A DNA stretch of 37,805 nucleotides from a virus (IMGVR_UViG_3300033067_000568:1-37805), one strand, 5' to 3'. Positions 28,268-36,027 are shown, counted from the first letter of the stretch. Translations and numbers: made by a program. Notes: generated by a model from the sequence alone, not told the origin.

Positions 28268-28276
28268 CTTAAATTC

Positions 28277-28492
28277 CTATTGCTTAGTTAATTTATTTAT
28301 TTCAATAAGAGTTTTTGGATTAGGTGCGTGACCAAGATGAAAACCGCCACAAAATAAACAGCTATAAACATGCGCATCCGGCGGTACGATGATGCCCTTC
28401 TTGCGGATGGACTTGAGCCGTGCCTCAGCGTGTTTCTTGGCAGAGAAGCGTTTCTTCTTATCGCACATGTGCCATTTGGTTAAGTCGTTCAT
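28277..28492 (-). CDS. Small Zn-finger hypothetical protein
   Basis: C..KKRF.....A ... Y.C.FCGGFHLG motif common in phages. Confidence 0.75.
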   Translation of the reverse strand: MNDLTKWHMCDKKKRFSAKKHAEARLKSIRKKGIIVPPDAHVYSCLFCGGFHLGHAPNPKTLIEINKLTKQ

Positions 28493-29880
28493 CCAACACC
28501 CTGTAATTTTTTCGCTTGTCGTGCCTGAAACACGAATTTAGCCCACCGTTCAGGAAATTTATATCCGCGACGCCGACCTTCTTCGATCAGTTCCTCTTGC
28601 GTCTTGCACCGCCCCTGGGCGATGAGCCTTTTTTTGCGGAGCGCGGCTTGGTTAACCTCAACGAGTTCGCCGTCTTTTTGATCGACTTGGCGGGAATCAA
28701 CTGCGAACTGAAATCCGCAGTACCTGCAAACTTGAGATCCGCTGTATTGGGCTGCAAAACACCGCGAACATATCTTGACGGATATGGTGGCTGCGCCGTT
28801 AGTCCGACGTTCAATCCCCTCCAAAGACCACTCCCGTTCTTCGTCTGGTAAGCCGTGTCTCTCACAATTTCCAGCATGGTCAAGGATGATTGCATGAGTC
28901 TTTACAGGCGACGGACGTAACGCCCTGCCGCACTGCTGGAGATAACATCCGACTGACATAGTAGGTCTGAGCATGATAACAGCTTCGAGCGAAGGCAAAT
29001 TAAATCCTTCTCCGAAGAGATCAACATTTGACAAAACTTTGATTTCCCCATGATTAAACCTCCTGATGGCGTGATCGCGTTGTTCGATTGGTGTTTCTCC
29101 GTCCACATGTTCGGCGACAATACCAGCCTGATTAAATTGACTGACTACATGTTTGCTGTGTTCGATGGACACGCAGAACACAACGGCGCGTTTGCCCGAT
29201 GCGTGTTTAATGTAATGTTTGATCGCGTCACCAGTTATCGAAGGCCGGTCCGCAACGGCGGCAAGTTCTTTCTTCTGAAAATCGCCCATCTGTGTGTGGA
29301 CACCCACAACGTTAATGCTCGAAGGCGCGTATATCTTATAGGGAACGAGGAAGCCGTTTTCGATGAGCCAATTCATAGACGGCCCTTGGACCATAGTTTC
29401 GAAGAATTTATTCAACGGAGATCCATCCAGTCGTCGAGGAGTCGCGGACAGTCCGATATGGTATGCGTTAGGATAACAGGAATATATCTTTGCCCACGTT
29501 TTCGCGCCAAGGTGATGAAATTCATCCCACACGATGAACTTGGGAGAATGCAACTTCTCATGTCGGTGCATTAACGTTTGGATCGAACATATTTGTATTG
29601 GGTGTGCCTTGGCCTGCATAAAACCAGCCGCGATTACACCGAATTTTTTAATACCAATATCCGAGAACGCGATAATCGTCTGTTTGACAAGTTCACGGCG
29701 GTGGACAATAAACCACGAAGTATATCCCTTAGAAGCCGATGTGTTGAGCATGTTAGCGGCAAGCGCTGTCTTACCGCCACCCGTCGGTAATTGCATTGCG
29801 ACAGAGCGAATACCATTTAAGAAGTGCGCGCGAGTTTCATCACGCATTTCGATCTGGTATGGGCGCAGCTGGAAGGACAT
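28489..29880 (-). CDS. SF2 DEAH-box helicase with C-terminal Zn ribbon
   Basis: LRPYQ, PTGGGKT, DEFHH, SATP, EGFNLP and QQCGRALR motifs. Start reassigned to the ATG at 29880. Confidence 0.93.
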   Translation of the reverse strand: MSFQLRPYQIEMRDETRAHFLNGIRSVAMQLPTGGGKTALAANMLNTSASKGYTSWFIVHRRELVKQTIIAFSDIGIKKFGVIAAGFMQAKAHPIQICSIQTLMHRHEKLHSPKFIVWDEFHHLGAKTWAKIYSCYPNAYHIGLSATPRRLDGSPLNKFFETMVQGPSMNWLIENGFLVPYKIYAPSSINVVGVHTQMGDFQKKELAAVADRPSITGDAIKHYIKHASGKRAVVFCVSIEHSKHVVSQFNQAGIVAEHVDGETPIEQRDHAIRRFNHGEIKVLSNVDLFGEGFNLPSLEAVIMLRPTMSVGCYLQQCGRALRPSPVKTHAIILDHAGNCERHGLPDEEREWSLEGIERRTNGAATISVKICSRCFAAQYSGSQVCRYCGFQFAVDSRQVDQKDGELVEVNQAALRKKRLIAQGRCKTQEELIEEGRRRGYKFPERWAKFVFQARQAKKLQGVG

Positions 29881-29886
29881 GAGAAG

Positions 29887-29914
29887 ATTATACATAACGG
29901 ATTTGATTTGTCAA
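29887..29914 (-). promoter_or_regulatory. Consensus sigma70 promoter, leftward (leaderless helicase mRNA)
   Basis: TTGACA-N16-TATAAT, ATG 6 nt downstream. Confidence 0.8.
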
Positions 29915-29943
29915 TACCAAAGTAAAGGCAAACAAAATAATTG

Positions 29944-29971
29944 TTGCATTTTTTTTGCGACCTGATATACT
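29944..29971 (+). promoter_or_regulatory. Rightward promoter (leaderless RHH mRNA)
   Basis: TTGCAT-N16-TATACT with TGn extension, ATG 6 nt downstream. Confidence 0.65.
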
Positions 29972-29977
29972 CAAGGC

Positions 29978-30133
29978 ATGAAAATATTAATCAACCTAAG
30001 GTCATCAGTTGAAGAACGTCGTCGGTGGAACGAGCAAGCTCGTCGCAGAAAAATGAACCTATCCGAGTATATCAGATGGCTTGTTTCCGATGATGAAAAA
30101 AAATGTCTTGACAGCCGTAAAGACAAATGTTAG
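29978..30133 (+). CDS. Ribbon-helix-helix DNA-binding protein (51 aa)
   Basis: Below the ORF-track cutoff. MKILINLRSSVEERRRWNEQARRRKMNLSEYIRWLVSDDEKKCLDSRKDKC shows an I.LR beta strand and an A....M.LSEYIR helix. Confidence 0.8.
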   Translation: MKILINLRSSVEERRRWNEQARRRKMNLSEYIRWLVSDDEKKCLDSRKDKC

Positions 30134-30136
30134 ACT
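30108..30136 (+). promoter_or_regulatory. Strong early rightward promoter
   Basis: TTGACA-N17-TAGACT with TGn extension and an A-tract upstream. Confidence 0.75.
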
Positions 30137-30184
30137 TCCTATCGTCAGCCAATTAAGGCTGAACACAACCAAAAGGACGCCACC

Positions 30185-30262
30185 ATGACAGAAGAACAAA
30201 TCGACATTATCGAAAACGAAGAACTCCTCGCCAAAGACAACCCGTTAAATTATCTCTGGTAA
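30185..30262 (+). CDS. 25-aa acidic micro-ORF
   Basis: SD AAGGA; MTEEQIDIIENEELLAKDNPLNYLW. Confidence 0.45.
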   Translation: MTEEQIDIIENEELLAKDNPLNYLW

Positions 30263-30263
30263 A

Positions 30264-30340
30264 CCCTGCGCCCGTGGAATGTGGCGTTCTCGGATGGGCG
30301 CGTGGAAAATTGTAGTACACCGTCCATCCGGGGCGCAGGG
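30264..30340 (+). ncRNA. Candidate structured RNA element (three-way junction)
   Basis: CCCTGCGCCC/GGGCGCAGGG outer stem, GGAATG/CGTTCT side hairpin and CGGATGGGCG/CGTCCATCCG inner stem. Confidence 0.45.
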
Positions 30341-30364
30341 CGCAATAAGAAAGGAAAGAACGCC

Positions 30365-30496
30365 ATGATGACAGTCAATTTGAGAAACGGAATACCGATA
30401 GTAGAGGTCGCTGAACCCACCCCCATTGACCCTAAACTTGCGCGTCAAAAGCTCGACTGTATCAGAGCCAAGGAACAGGAGAGTGACGCCACATGA
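30365..30496 (+). CDS. Hypothetical protein (43 aa)
   Basis: SD AAGGA before the ATG at 30365; ATGA overlap with the next gene. Confidence 0.55.
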   Translation: MMTVNLRNGIPIVEVAEPTPIDPKLARQKLDCIRAKEQESDAT

Positions 30497-30891
30497 AACC
30501 TGCGATCATCAACCACCACCGAAATTTCATATTCTGGTTCGTTGCATTCTGTTTGGTGCAAGCGTTCCTGCTGATCTATTGTATCAACGGCGAGGCGGCG
30601 GAATACACAGACGTCCAGATCGTGGACGCCATATACCGCGCCGAAGGCGGGAAGAAGGCCCAGTTCCCCTATGGTATTCGGTCAATTAAATGCGAAGGCG
30701 AGGCCGAGTGCCGTCAGATATGCCTGAACACGGTCAGGAACAACCGTAAACGTTTCGCCAAGCAGACCAAGTACACCGATTTTATAGCGTTCTTGGGTTC
30801 GCGGTATTGTCCGGTTGGCGCCGAGAACGATCCGCATGGGCTGAATAACCATTGGGTGAAGAACGTCCGTTATTTCCTAAACAGGAGTTGA
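30493..30891 (+). CDS. Membrane-anchored or secreted protein with a possible lysozyme-like fold
   Basis: N-terminal hydrophobic segment ending AA; AIYRAEGG, YGI and FL..RYCP....N.HW.KNV motifs. Confidence 0.55.
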   Translation: MKPAIINHHRNFIFWFVAFCLVQAFLLIYCINGEAAEYTDVQIVDAIYRAEGGKKAQFPYGIRSIKCEGEAECRQICLNTVRNNRKRFAKQTKYTDFIAFLGSRYCPVGAENDPHGLNNHWVKNVRYFLNRS

Positions 30892-30892
30892 C

Positions 30893-31180
30893 ATGGGTGA
30901 CATGGCAGAGCAGTTCAGATATTACGATAAGGTCATGCGCGAAAAACGCGCCGCAGAAGAACCTCGACGATTTGAACATGCGATAAGCGAGTTGACGAAA
31001 TTAAAATGTGTTGTGATTCGCAACGATGCCAACTCATGCCTAACCGTTCGGTTCGGAAACAAACAAATTGACTTCTGGCCATATAAGGGATGGTTCGTTG
31101 GACGCAAACCATTCGGACAGATCCGTGGCCGAGGGATAAAATTATTAGTGGAGGTAATCAAGAAATGTCAATCGAAATAA
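30893..31180 (+). CDS. Hypothetical phage protein
   Basis: SD AGGAG; IDFWP..GW...GRGI motif. Confidence 0.75.
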   Translation: MGDMAEQFRYYDKVMREKRAAEEPRRFEHAISELTKLKCVVIRNDANSCLTVRFGNKQIDFWPYKGWFVGRKPFGQIRGRGIKLLVEVIKKCQSK

Positions 31181-32082
31181 TCCACCCAACGGATAAACAA
31201 CACTGGCTCGCGTGCCGGACGAAGGACATTACATCGACCGAGATAGCTGGGCTGTTCGGTTTCTCGCCGTATACCACAGAATTCGAGATTTGGCATACGA
31301 AGAAATCCGGTTCGGTTGTTGAAATCGAAGGCAACGAACGCATGAAATGGGGAACGGCCTTGCAAGACGCCATCGCCGCCGAGATAGCTAAGGAACAAGG
31401 GTGGACTATCCGGCGCATGGACGAGTATATGCGCGATACGGATTTAAGGGCCGGTTCGTCGTTCGACTTCGCTATTGGTGACGATGTTTTACTCGAAGTT
31501 AAGAACGTTGACAGCCTCGCGTATCGTGATAACTGGGTTGAGCATGAGGACGGCAACATCGAGGCTCCGCTTCATATTGAAATCCAAGCCCAGCACCAGC
31601 TCATGGTCAGCGGTCGTTCGTTCGCATACATCGGGGCATTGGTGGGTGGAAACAGCCTCGTATTAATCAAACGCGACCGCAACGAAACCGTCATATCCTC
31701 GATAAAACAGAAAATCGCCGCGTTCTGGGCATCCATCGAATCCAACACGCCGCCCAAGCCAAACTTCGAACGTGACGCCAAGTTTATCGCCTCGCTGTAC
31801 AATTATGCGGATCCGGGCAAACTCTTGGACGTTCGTGAGAACGAATCGTTCCTTGAATTGGCGCGCGAACATAAGCGTTTGGGCGACATCGCTAAAGACG
31901 CTGAAACCAAGCGCGACGCACTCAAGGCTCAAATGCTCATGGTCATGGGCGACGCTGAGAAGGTCGAAGGTGGCGAGTTCTCGATCAGCGCGGACATCAT
32001 AGGCGAATGTGAAGTTGCATATACACGCAAGGCGTACCGTAATTTCAAACCGACGTGGAGAAAACAGAAGGAGTCAAAATGA
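31165..32082 (+). CDS. YqaJ/lambda-exonuclease-family recombination nuclease
   Basis: WL..R...ITSTEI, M.WG..L, SFD, LLEVK and Q.QHQL.V motifs. GGAGG SD before the ATG at 31165. Confidence 0.92.
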   Translation: MSIEIIHPTDKQHWLACRTKDITSTEIAGLFGFSPYTTEFEIWHTKKSGSVVEIEGNERMKWGTALQDAIAAEIAKEQGWTIRRMDEYMRDTDLRAGSSFDFAIGDDVLLEVKNVDSLAYRDNWVEHEDGNIEAPLHIEIQAQHQLMVSGRSFAYIGALVGGNSLVLIKRDRNETVISSIKQKIAAFWASIESNTPPKPNFERDAKFIASLYNYADPGKLLDVRENESFLELAREHKRLGDIAKDAETKRDALKAQMLMVMGDAEKVEGGEFSISADIIGECEVAYTRKAYRNFKPTWRKQKESK

Positions 32083-33119
32083 CAGAGTTAGAGTTGTTAA
32101 AAACCAGCATCACCAATTTAAAAGACCAATTAAATCCGCTGTTAGGCGCGGACACGGACAAGTTCATCCAAATCGCGATAAATCATATCGCTGGCCACAC
32201 GCAGGACTTGCTCAAATCTGATCGCAACAGCCTTTATACCGCAATTAACAAGGCCGCTCAATGCCGTTTGTTTCTCGATGGCCAAGAGGCAACGCTTGTT
32301 TCATACAACGGCACAGTTCAGATGCAGTCTGGTTATAAGGGGCTTCTGAAGATGGTTCGCAATTCCGGCGAGTTAGCAAGTATCAACGCCGGTGTCGTTT
32401 ACGAGAAGGACACGTTCGAATATTTCGTTGACGAGAAGGGCGAGCATTTAAAACACATGCCAACGCATGGCAAGGATCGCGGCAATCCAGTCCAGACGTA
32501 CTGTATCGCAAGGATCAAGGGTGGAAACGAACCGTATATCGAAGTTATGAGCGAGGAAGAAGTCATGGCATGTCGTAAGGTTTCCAAGGCAAAGACATCA
32601 CCTTGGGATGGTCCATTCGCCGATGAAATGCGTAAAAAAACCGTTATCCGCCGTATTTCAAAACGCCTGCCCATGTCCACCGACCTAAACATGGCGATCA
32701 ACGATGAGGAGTTCGAGGAACCCACGCCAGTTGAAGCGGTCGAACCCAAAACCACATCGACACGCTTGGAACAGGCTGTCGCACCCGTGGCTACACCGGC
32801 CCCAACGCCCGCCCCCACACCTGAACCAGAGCGGCATCCGGCAGAAAAGGTGTTCTCGCAGACAGTCCGCGGGATCCTTGAGAAGATCGGAGCGAAACCG
32901 TTCGGCGAAGGAAAATATCGGTATTGGTGTCAGATGGGTGGCGCGTTCTACGGCACCTTCAGCGAGACGGAATACAAGAAGGTCGAGGACTTGTATAACA
33001 AGAAAGTTCCCGTGATCGTGATGTTCGTAACCAAGGAGACCAAGGACAACAAGCCGTTCAACGATCTGTTGAGTATCATGCAGGACGAAACACCGAGCGA
33101 TAATGATGTTCCAATTTAA
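32079..33119 (+). CDS. recT: RecT-family ssDNA annealing protein with C-terminal extension
   Basis: GYKGLLKMVRNSG, VYEKD.F and PW....DEM.KKTVIRR..KRLP motifs. SD AAGGAG. Confidence 0.92.
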   Translation: MTELELLKTSITNLKDQLNPLLGADTDKFIQIAINHIAGHTQDLLKSDRNSLYTAINKAAQCRLFLDGQEATLVSYNGTVQMQSGYKGLLKMVRNSGELASINAGVVYEKDTFEYFVDEKGEHLKHMPTHGKDRGNPVQTYCIARIKGGNEPYIEVMSEEEVMACRKVSKAKTSPWDGPFADEMRKKTVIRRISKRLPMSTDLNMAINDEEFEEPTPVEAVEPKTTSTRLEQAVAPVATPAPTPAPTPEPERHPAEKVFSQTVRGILEKIGAKPFGEGKYRYWCQMGGAFYGTFSETEYKKVEDLYNKKVPVIVMFVTKETKDNKPFNDLLSIMQDETPSDNDVPI

Positions 33120-33121
33120 GA

Positions 33122-33252
33122 GCCGGTAAAAATACTGGTGAGGCCGCAAAAGAGGTGGCCACCACCACGGACTAACACCTCTGGAATCCGTGGCGGCAGG
33201 GCAGGTCTGTAGTCCGGGTGAGCTTGTAGCCCTCAAAAAACAGAACCCGGCA
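33122..33252 (+). ncRNA. Candidate structured RNA with several hairpins and alternative/pseudoknot pairing
   Basis: Stems GGCCGC/GTGGCC, CCACGGA/TCCGTGG and CCGGGT/ACCCGG. AGAGGTG (33151-57) is complementary to the loop sequence CACCTCT (33176-82). Confidence 0.45.
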
Positions 33253-33268
33253 CTAAATAAGGAGAGAT

Positions 33269-33487
33269 ATGTCTAAAGTCACCATCACCATCACCGATAC
33301 ACCTACGGGAGTCACGACAGTTTTAGATCCCAACTACGAAACGCTGGCATTTAAACTTACTCAAGGTCAGACAGGATTAACCGCCGCCGAGGGATATGCG
33401 ATGATCGCAGCCAATGCTATTCGCGCGGAGTCGAAACGTCGTAACAATAAAATTAATATCATCATACCTAAAAAACGGAGGATGTAA
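33269..33487 (+). CDS. Hypothetical protein
   Basis: SD AAGGAG; TAATG coupling to the csp gene. Confidence 0.75.
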   Translation: MSKVTITITDTPTGVTTVLDPNYETLAFKLTQGQTGLTAAEGYAMIAANAIRAESKRRNNKINIIIPKKRRM

Positions 33488-33687
33488 TGGCACAAGGCAA
33501 AGTCAAGTTTTTTAATCAACAAAAAGGATTCGGTTTCATCGCCCCCAAAGACGGCAGCAAGGACTTATTTTTTCATTTCACAAGCATCAAGGATAACAAT
33601 AAGCGAATCGATGAGGGCGATCTAGTCGAATTCGATTCAACCAGAACGGATAAAGGACCGGCGGCAACGAATGTCCGAATGGTTTGA
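33487..33687 (+). CDS. Cold-shock domain protein (CspA family)
   Basis: GKVKFFN..KGFGFI (RNP1), DLFFHFTSI (RNP2) and KGPAATNV motifs. Confidence 0.96.
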   Translation: MAQGKVKFFNQQKGFGFIAPKDGSKDLFFHFTSIKDNNKRIDEGDLVEFDSTRTDKGPAATNVRMV

Positions 33688-33759
33688 ACTAGGGCGGCAT
33701 GGGTCGCAGGGGGGCTTGTCAGGCGTATGGGCCTGAGGGGACTAGCCCCCAACCTAGTT
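33687..33759 (+). ncRNA. Candidate structured RNA element (three-way junction)
   Basis: AACTAGG/CCTAGTT outer stem, GCGGC-ATGG-GTCGC side hairpin and GGGGGCTTGTC/GACTAGCCCCC long stem. Abuts the next SD. Confidence 0.45.
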
Positions 33760-33770
33760 GAAAGGAAAAA

Positions 33771-34352
33771 ATGAGAATACTATTGACAGTTTTTATGTTT
33801 TTATTTGTGACAAGCGCATGGGCCTTGCCGATACCTACGGAGTATATCGGACATGCCTACGATGATGGTTGGGGATATCCGGCAACGTCGAGTTATGTTG
33901 GACCGGCGAACCGTGGCGGAACTTTCATTGGATTTCGTATATCGCAGCCTTACCGCGTTTCGATCATAAGCGGGATTTTGCGAGGGGCCGGAGAATGGGA
34001 GCGTGGCAGTATCTCCATGTCTTTGATACGCGGTTCAAGGAATTTCCGAGATACCGCGCTTCTTATACCAACCAACGACATCATTTTTGAAACGGAACGT
34101 TTTACTTTCCCATTGGATAACCAACAGCAGACTGTAAGCCACAACGCAAGCCTTGATCTTGAGGCTGGCGATTATTGGGTCAAGTATCAGGGTGCCGCGA
34201 TGTATGGTCATGTGATCGCACAGGGTTTTGGAATTGATGGGGATGTTATCGAGTCAGAGAGAATGGCAGGAGTCCATGCCCCAGAGCCAACGACATTGTT
34301 GTTGATGGCCGGCGGCATCTTGGGCGCGATCAGGATGAGAAGGAAAGTTTAA
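33771..34352 (+). CDS. PEP-CTERM sorting-domain protein
   Basis: Signal peptide MRILLTVFMFLFVTSAWA|LPI; C-terminus APEPTTLLLMAGGILGAIRMRRKV (PEP, TM helix, basic tail). Confidence 0.93.
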   Translation: MRILLTVFMFLFVTSAWALPIPTEYIGHAYDDGWGYPATSSYVGPANRGGTFIGFRISQPYRVSIISGILRGAGEWERGSISMSLIRGSRNFRDTALLIPTNDIIFETERFTFPLDNQQQTVSHNASLDLEAGDYWVKYQGAAMYGHVIAQGFGIDGDVIESERMAGVHAPEPTTLLLMAGGILGAIRMRRKV

Positions 34353-34363
34353 CCCGCAAGGGC

Positions 34364-34491
34364 GTTGGGGTGGCGTGGTAGCCTGAACAAAAGAGTCGCT
34401 ACTAAGCGTGCTCGGTGGTAGCAAGTAGCAAGAAACCGGTATTCTTGTCGAACGTGTCAATCCACTTGTTCGCAGACCAACTGCCCCCAGC
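34364..34491 (+). ncRNA. Candidate multi-branched structured RNA
   Basis: GTTGGGG/CCCCAGC closing stem enclosing the hairpins GCTACT/GGTAGC, CAAGAA/TTCTTG and CGAAC/GTTCG. Confidence 0.45.
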
Positions 34492-34534
34492 TAAACCTAA
34501 CCCTCACCGGGTAGCAAGGGACAAAGGGAGAAAT

Positions 34535-35101
34535 ATGAAGATAGAGTTATTTTGCGGTGAGTTTGAAAAGCATAAGAAGCCATTTTCAGGCGGAAGCTAT
34601 GTTTACGCCACAGATGGGCGAATGGCTTTAAGAGTTGATAAATCCAAATTTGAGAATCCCTATGACATCGGAGAATATGCTCCAAATATTGATGAGCTTA
34701 TAGAAAAAGTCAAAAAAGATACTCCGATCAATTTTAATGGGCAATTTGAATTAATACCGTGTCGTAATTGTAGGGCAACGGGCTTAAACAGAAAATGCCC
34801 TGAGTGCGAAGGAAGCGGAGTTATTGAATGTTGTGAGTGCGGTCAGGATAGAGACTGCCCCGATTGTGACGGAAATGGTAGCGGCGATGGAGAGAAATGT
34901 TCAGATTGCGACGGGCTAGGTAAAAGACTCAAAGAAGAACATACCGTTTTGATCGAAGGCTTAAAAGTGCAATCAAAATTTCTCTGCAAAATTTATCAAG
35001 AATTAAAAGATGTTCAACTGTTCGCCGATATGAGCGACAACAAAATGGTTTATTTTAAGTTTGATGGTGGCGAAGGAATTTTATTGCCGCTGAAATATTA
35101 A
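34535..35101 (+). CDS. Protein with DnaJ-type CxxCxGxG Zn-finger repeats
   Basis: CRNCRATG, CPECEGSG, CPDCDGNG and CSDCDGLG. Flanks YATDG and GILLP recall sliding-clamp-like domains. SD GGGAG before the ATG at 34535. Confidence 0.8.
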   Translation: MKIELFCGEFEKHKKPFSGGSYVYATDGRMALRVDKSKFENPYDIGEYAPNIDELIEKVKKDTPINFNGQFELIPCRNCRATGLNRKCPECEGSGVIECCECGQDRDCPDCDGNGSGDGEKCSDCDGLGKRLKEEHTVLIEGLKVQSKFLCKIYQELKDVQLFADMSDNKMVYFKFDGGEGILLPLKY

Positions 35102-35122
35102 CCACCCCCAAAGGAGATTGAG

Positions 35123-35407
35123 ATGAAAACCGAACATTATTTTTGTGACCAATGCAAAAAAGAAGTCGAGATGGAAGACAAAAAACCTAAACTTATAAAA
35201 CTCACTGTTGGCGTTGGCTCTCCATTTTATAATTCTTATGGATACAACCGATTTGAAATTCATAAAGAAATAGAAGTTTGTTTTGAGTGCGCCTCGAAGG
35301 TAGGGTTTGTAATGAAAGAAAAAGAAATCGCTAAAACCCCAGATATTCAAGAGCGTCTTTATGAAATCATGTGTGAAATTGTCCAGAATAATTTACCGAA
35401 TGATTGA
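35123..35407 (+). CDS. Hypothetical Zn-binding protein
   Basis: SD AAGGAG; two CxxC motifs. Confidence 0.75.
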   Translation: MKTEHYFCDQCKKEVEMEDKKPKLIKLTVGVGSPFYNSYGYNRFEIHKEIEVCFECASKVGFVMKEKEIAKTPDIQERLYEIMCEIVQNNLPND

Positions 35408-35504
35408 AGGAGTCCAAAGATGAGTGAGCATACGCCTAAATGCCCTGAATGTAAAACAAATACGGCTAAACACTAAAACAACGCCCAAGGGCGGATGAGG
35501 GGAT

Positions 35505-35711
35505 ATGACATTATCGCAAAGCCTAGAAGAAGCAAAACTTTTAAAATCTATTATTAATAATGTTTACGAAAAAATATATACCATGCCAAAGTTTAATGAA
35601 TCAGAGATTGAGCTTAGAGCGCAAACTTTAAGGGGAGTTGTTCTTGTTTTACAAAGCGATTTGATTGGAATTATTAATGACTGGAATGCCGAATTAATCC
35701 AGACAAAGTAA
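35505..35711 (+). CDS. Hypothetical protein
   Basis: SD GAGGGG; co-oriented with the operon. Confidence 0.65.
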   Translation: MTLSQSLEEAKLLKSIINNVYEKIYTMPKFNESEIELRAQTLRGVVLVLQSDLIGIINDWNAELIQTK

Positions 35712-35725
35712 TCTTAGGGGTGGGT

Positions 35726-35878
35726 ATGAAGCCTTCGGAACGTATACATGAAATTACTTTAGACTTACTTAACCAAAATCCTGAATATATCAATGATAAA
35801 GATATGTATTTGCATATAAGGATAACCGGACTAATTAAATTTCTCGACGAACAACACTCAAAGGACGGGGGGAAATGA
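35726..35878 (+). CDS. Hypothetical protein (50 aa)
   Basis: Read by hand: MKPSERIHEI...KDGGK; ATGA overlap with the next ORF. Confidence 0.6.
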   Translation: MKPSERIHEITLDLLNQNPEYINDKDMYLHIRITGLIKFLDEQHSKDGGK

Positions 35879-36027
35879 GCGAAACTAAAACATCTGTTAA
35901 ATCTAATCTTGGATATGCACTTGTTCAAACCGGAGCATTGCCTCCCCATTCAACTGATGATTTTTCAGACAATGAATATATTATGATTGCTTTAACAAAA
36001 TTACTTGAACGAGGAATTTGGAAATGA
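35875..36027 (+). CDS. Hypothetical protein (50 aa)
   Basis: Read by hand: MSETKTSVKS...RGIWK; ATGA overlaps at both ends. Confidence 0.6.
   Translation: MSETKTSVKSNLGYALVQTGALPPHSTDDFSDNEYIMIALTKLLERGIWK

Noticed and set aside
12555-29965. Long plus-strand ORFs opposite structural and replication genes (e.g. 12555-13256, 25176-25925, 29050-29574)
   Set aside because: Antisense shadows of well-supported genes, with no recognisable motifs.
34415-34534. N-terminal extensions given by the ORF track (also for terL, GT, primase, helicase, YqaJ, RecT)
   Set aside because: Downstream ATGs have SDs, promoter spacing or stop-start coupling; the extensions overlap other genes or structured RNA.
35420-35476. 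18-aa ORF MSEHTPKCPECKTNTAKH with a good SD
   Set aside because: Too short to support; possibly a remnant of a deleted Zn-finger gene.
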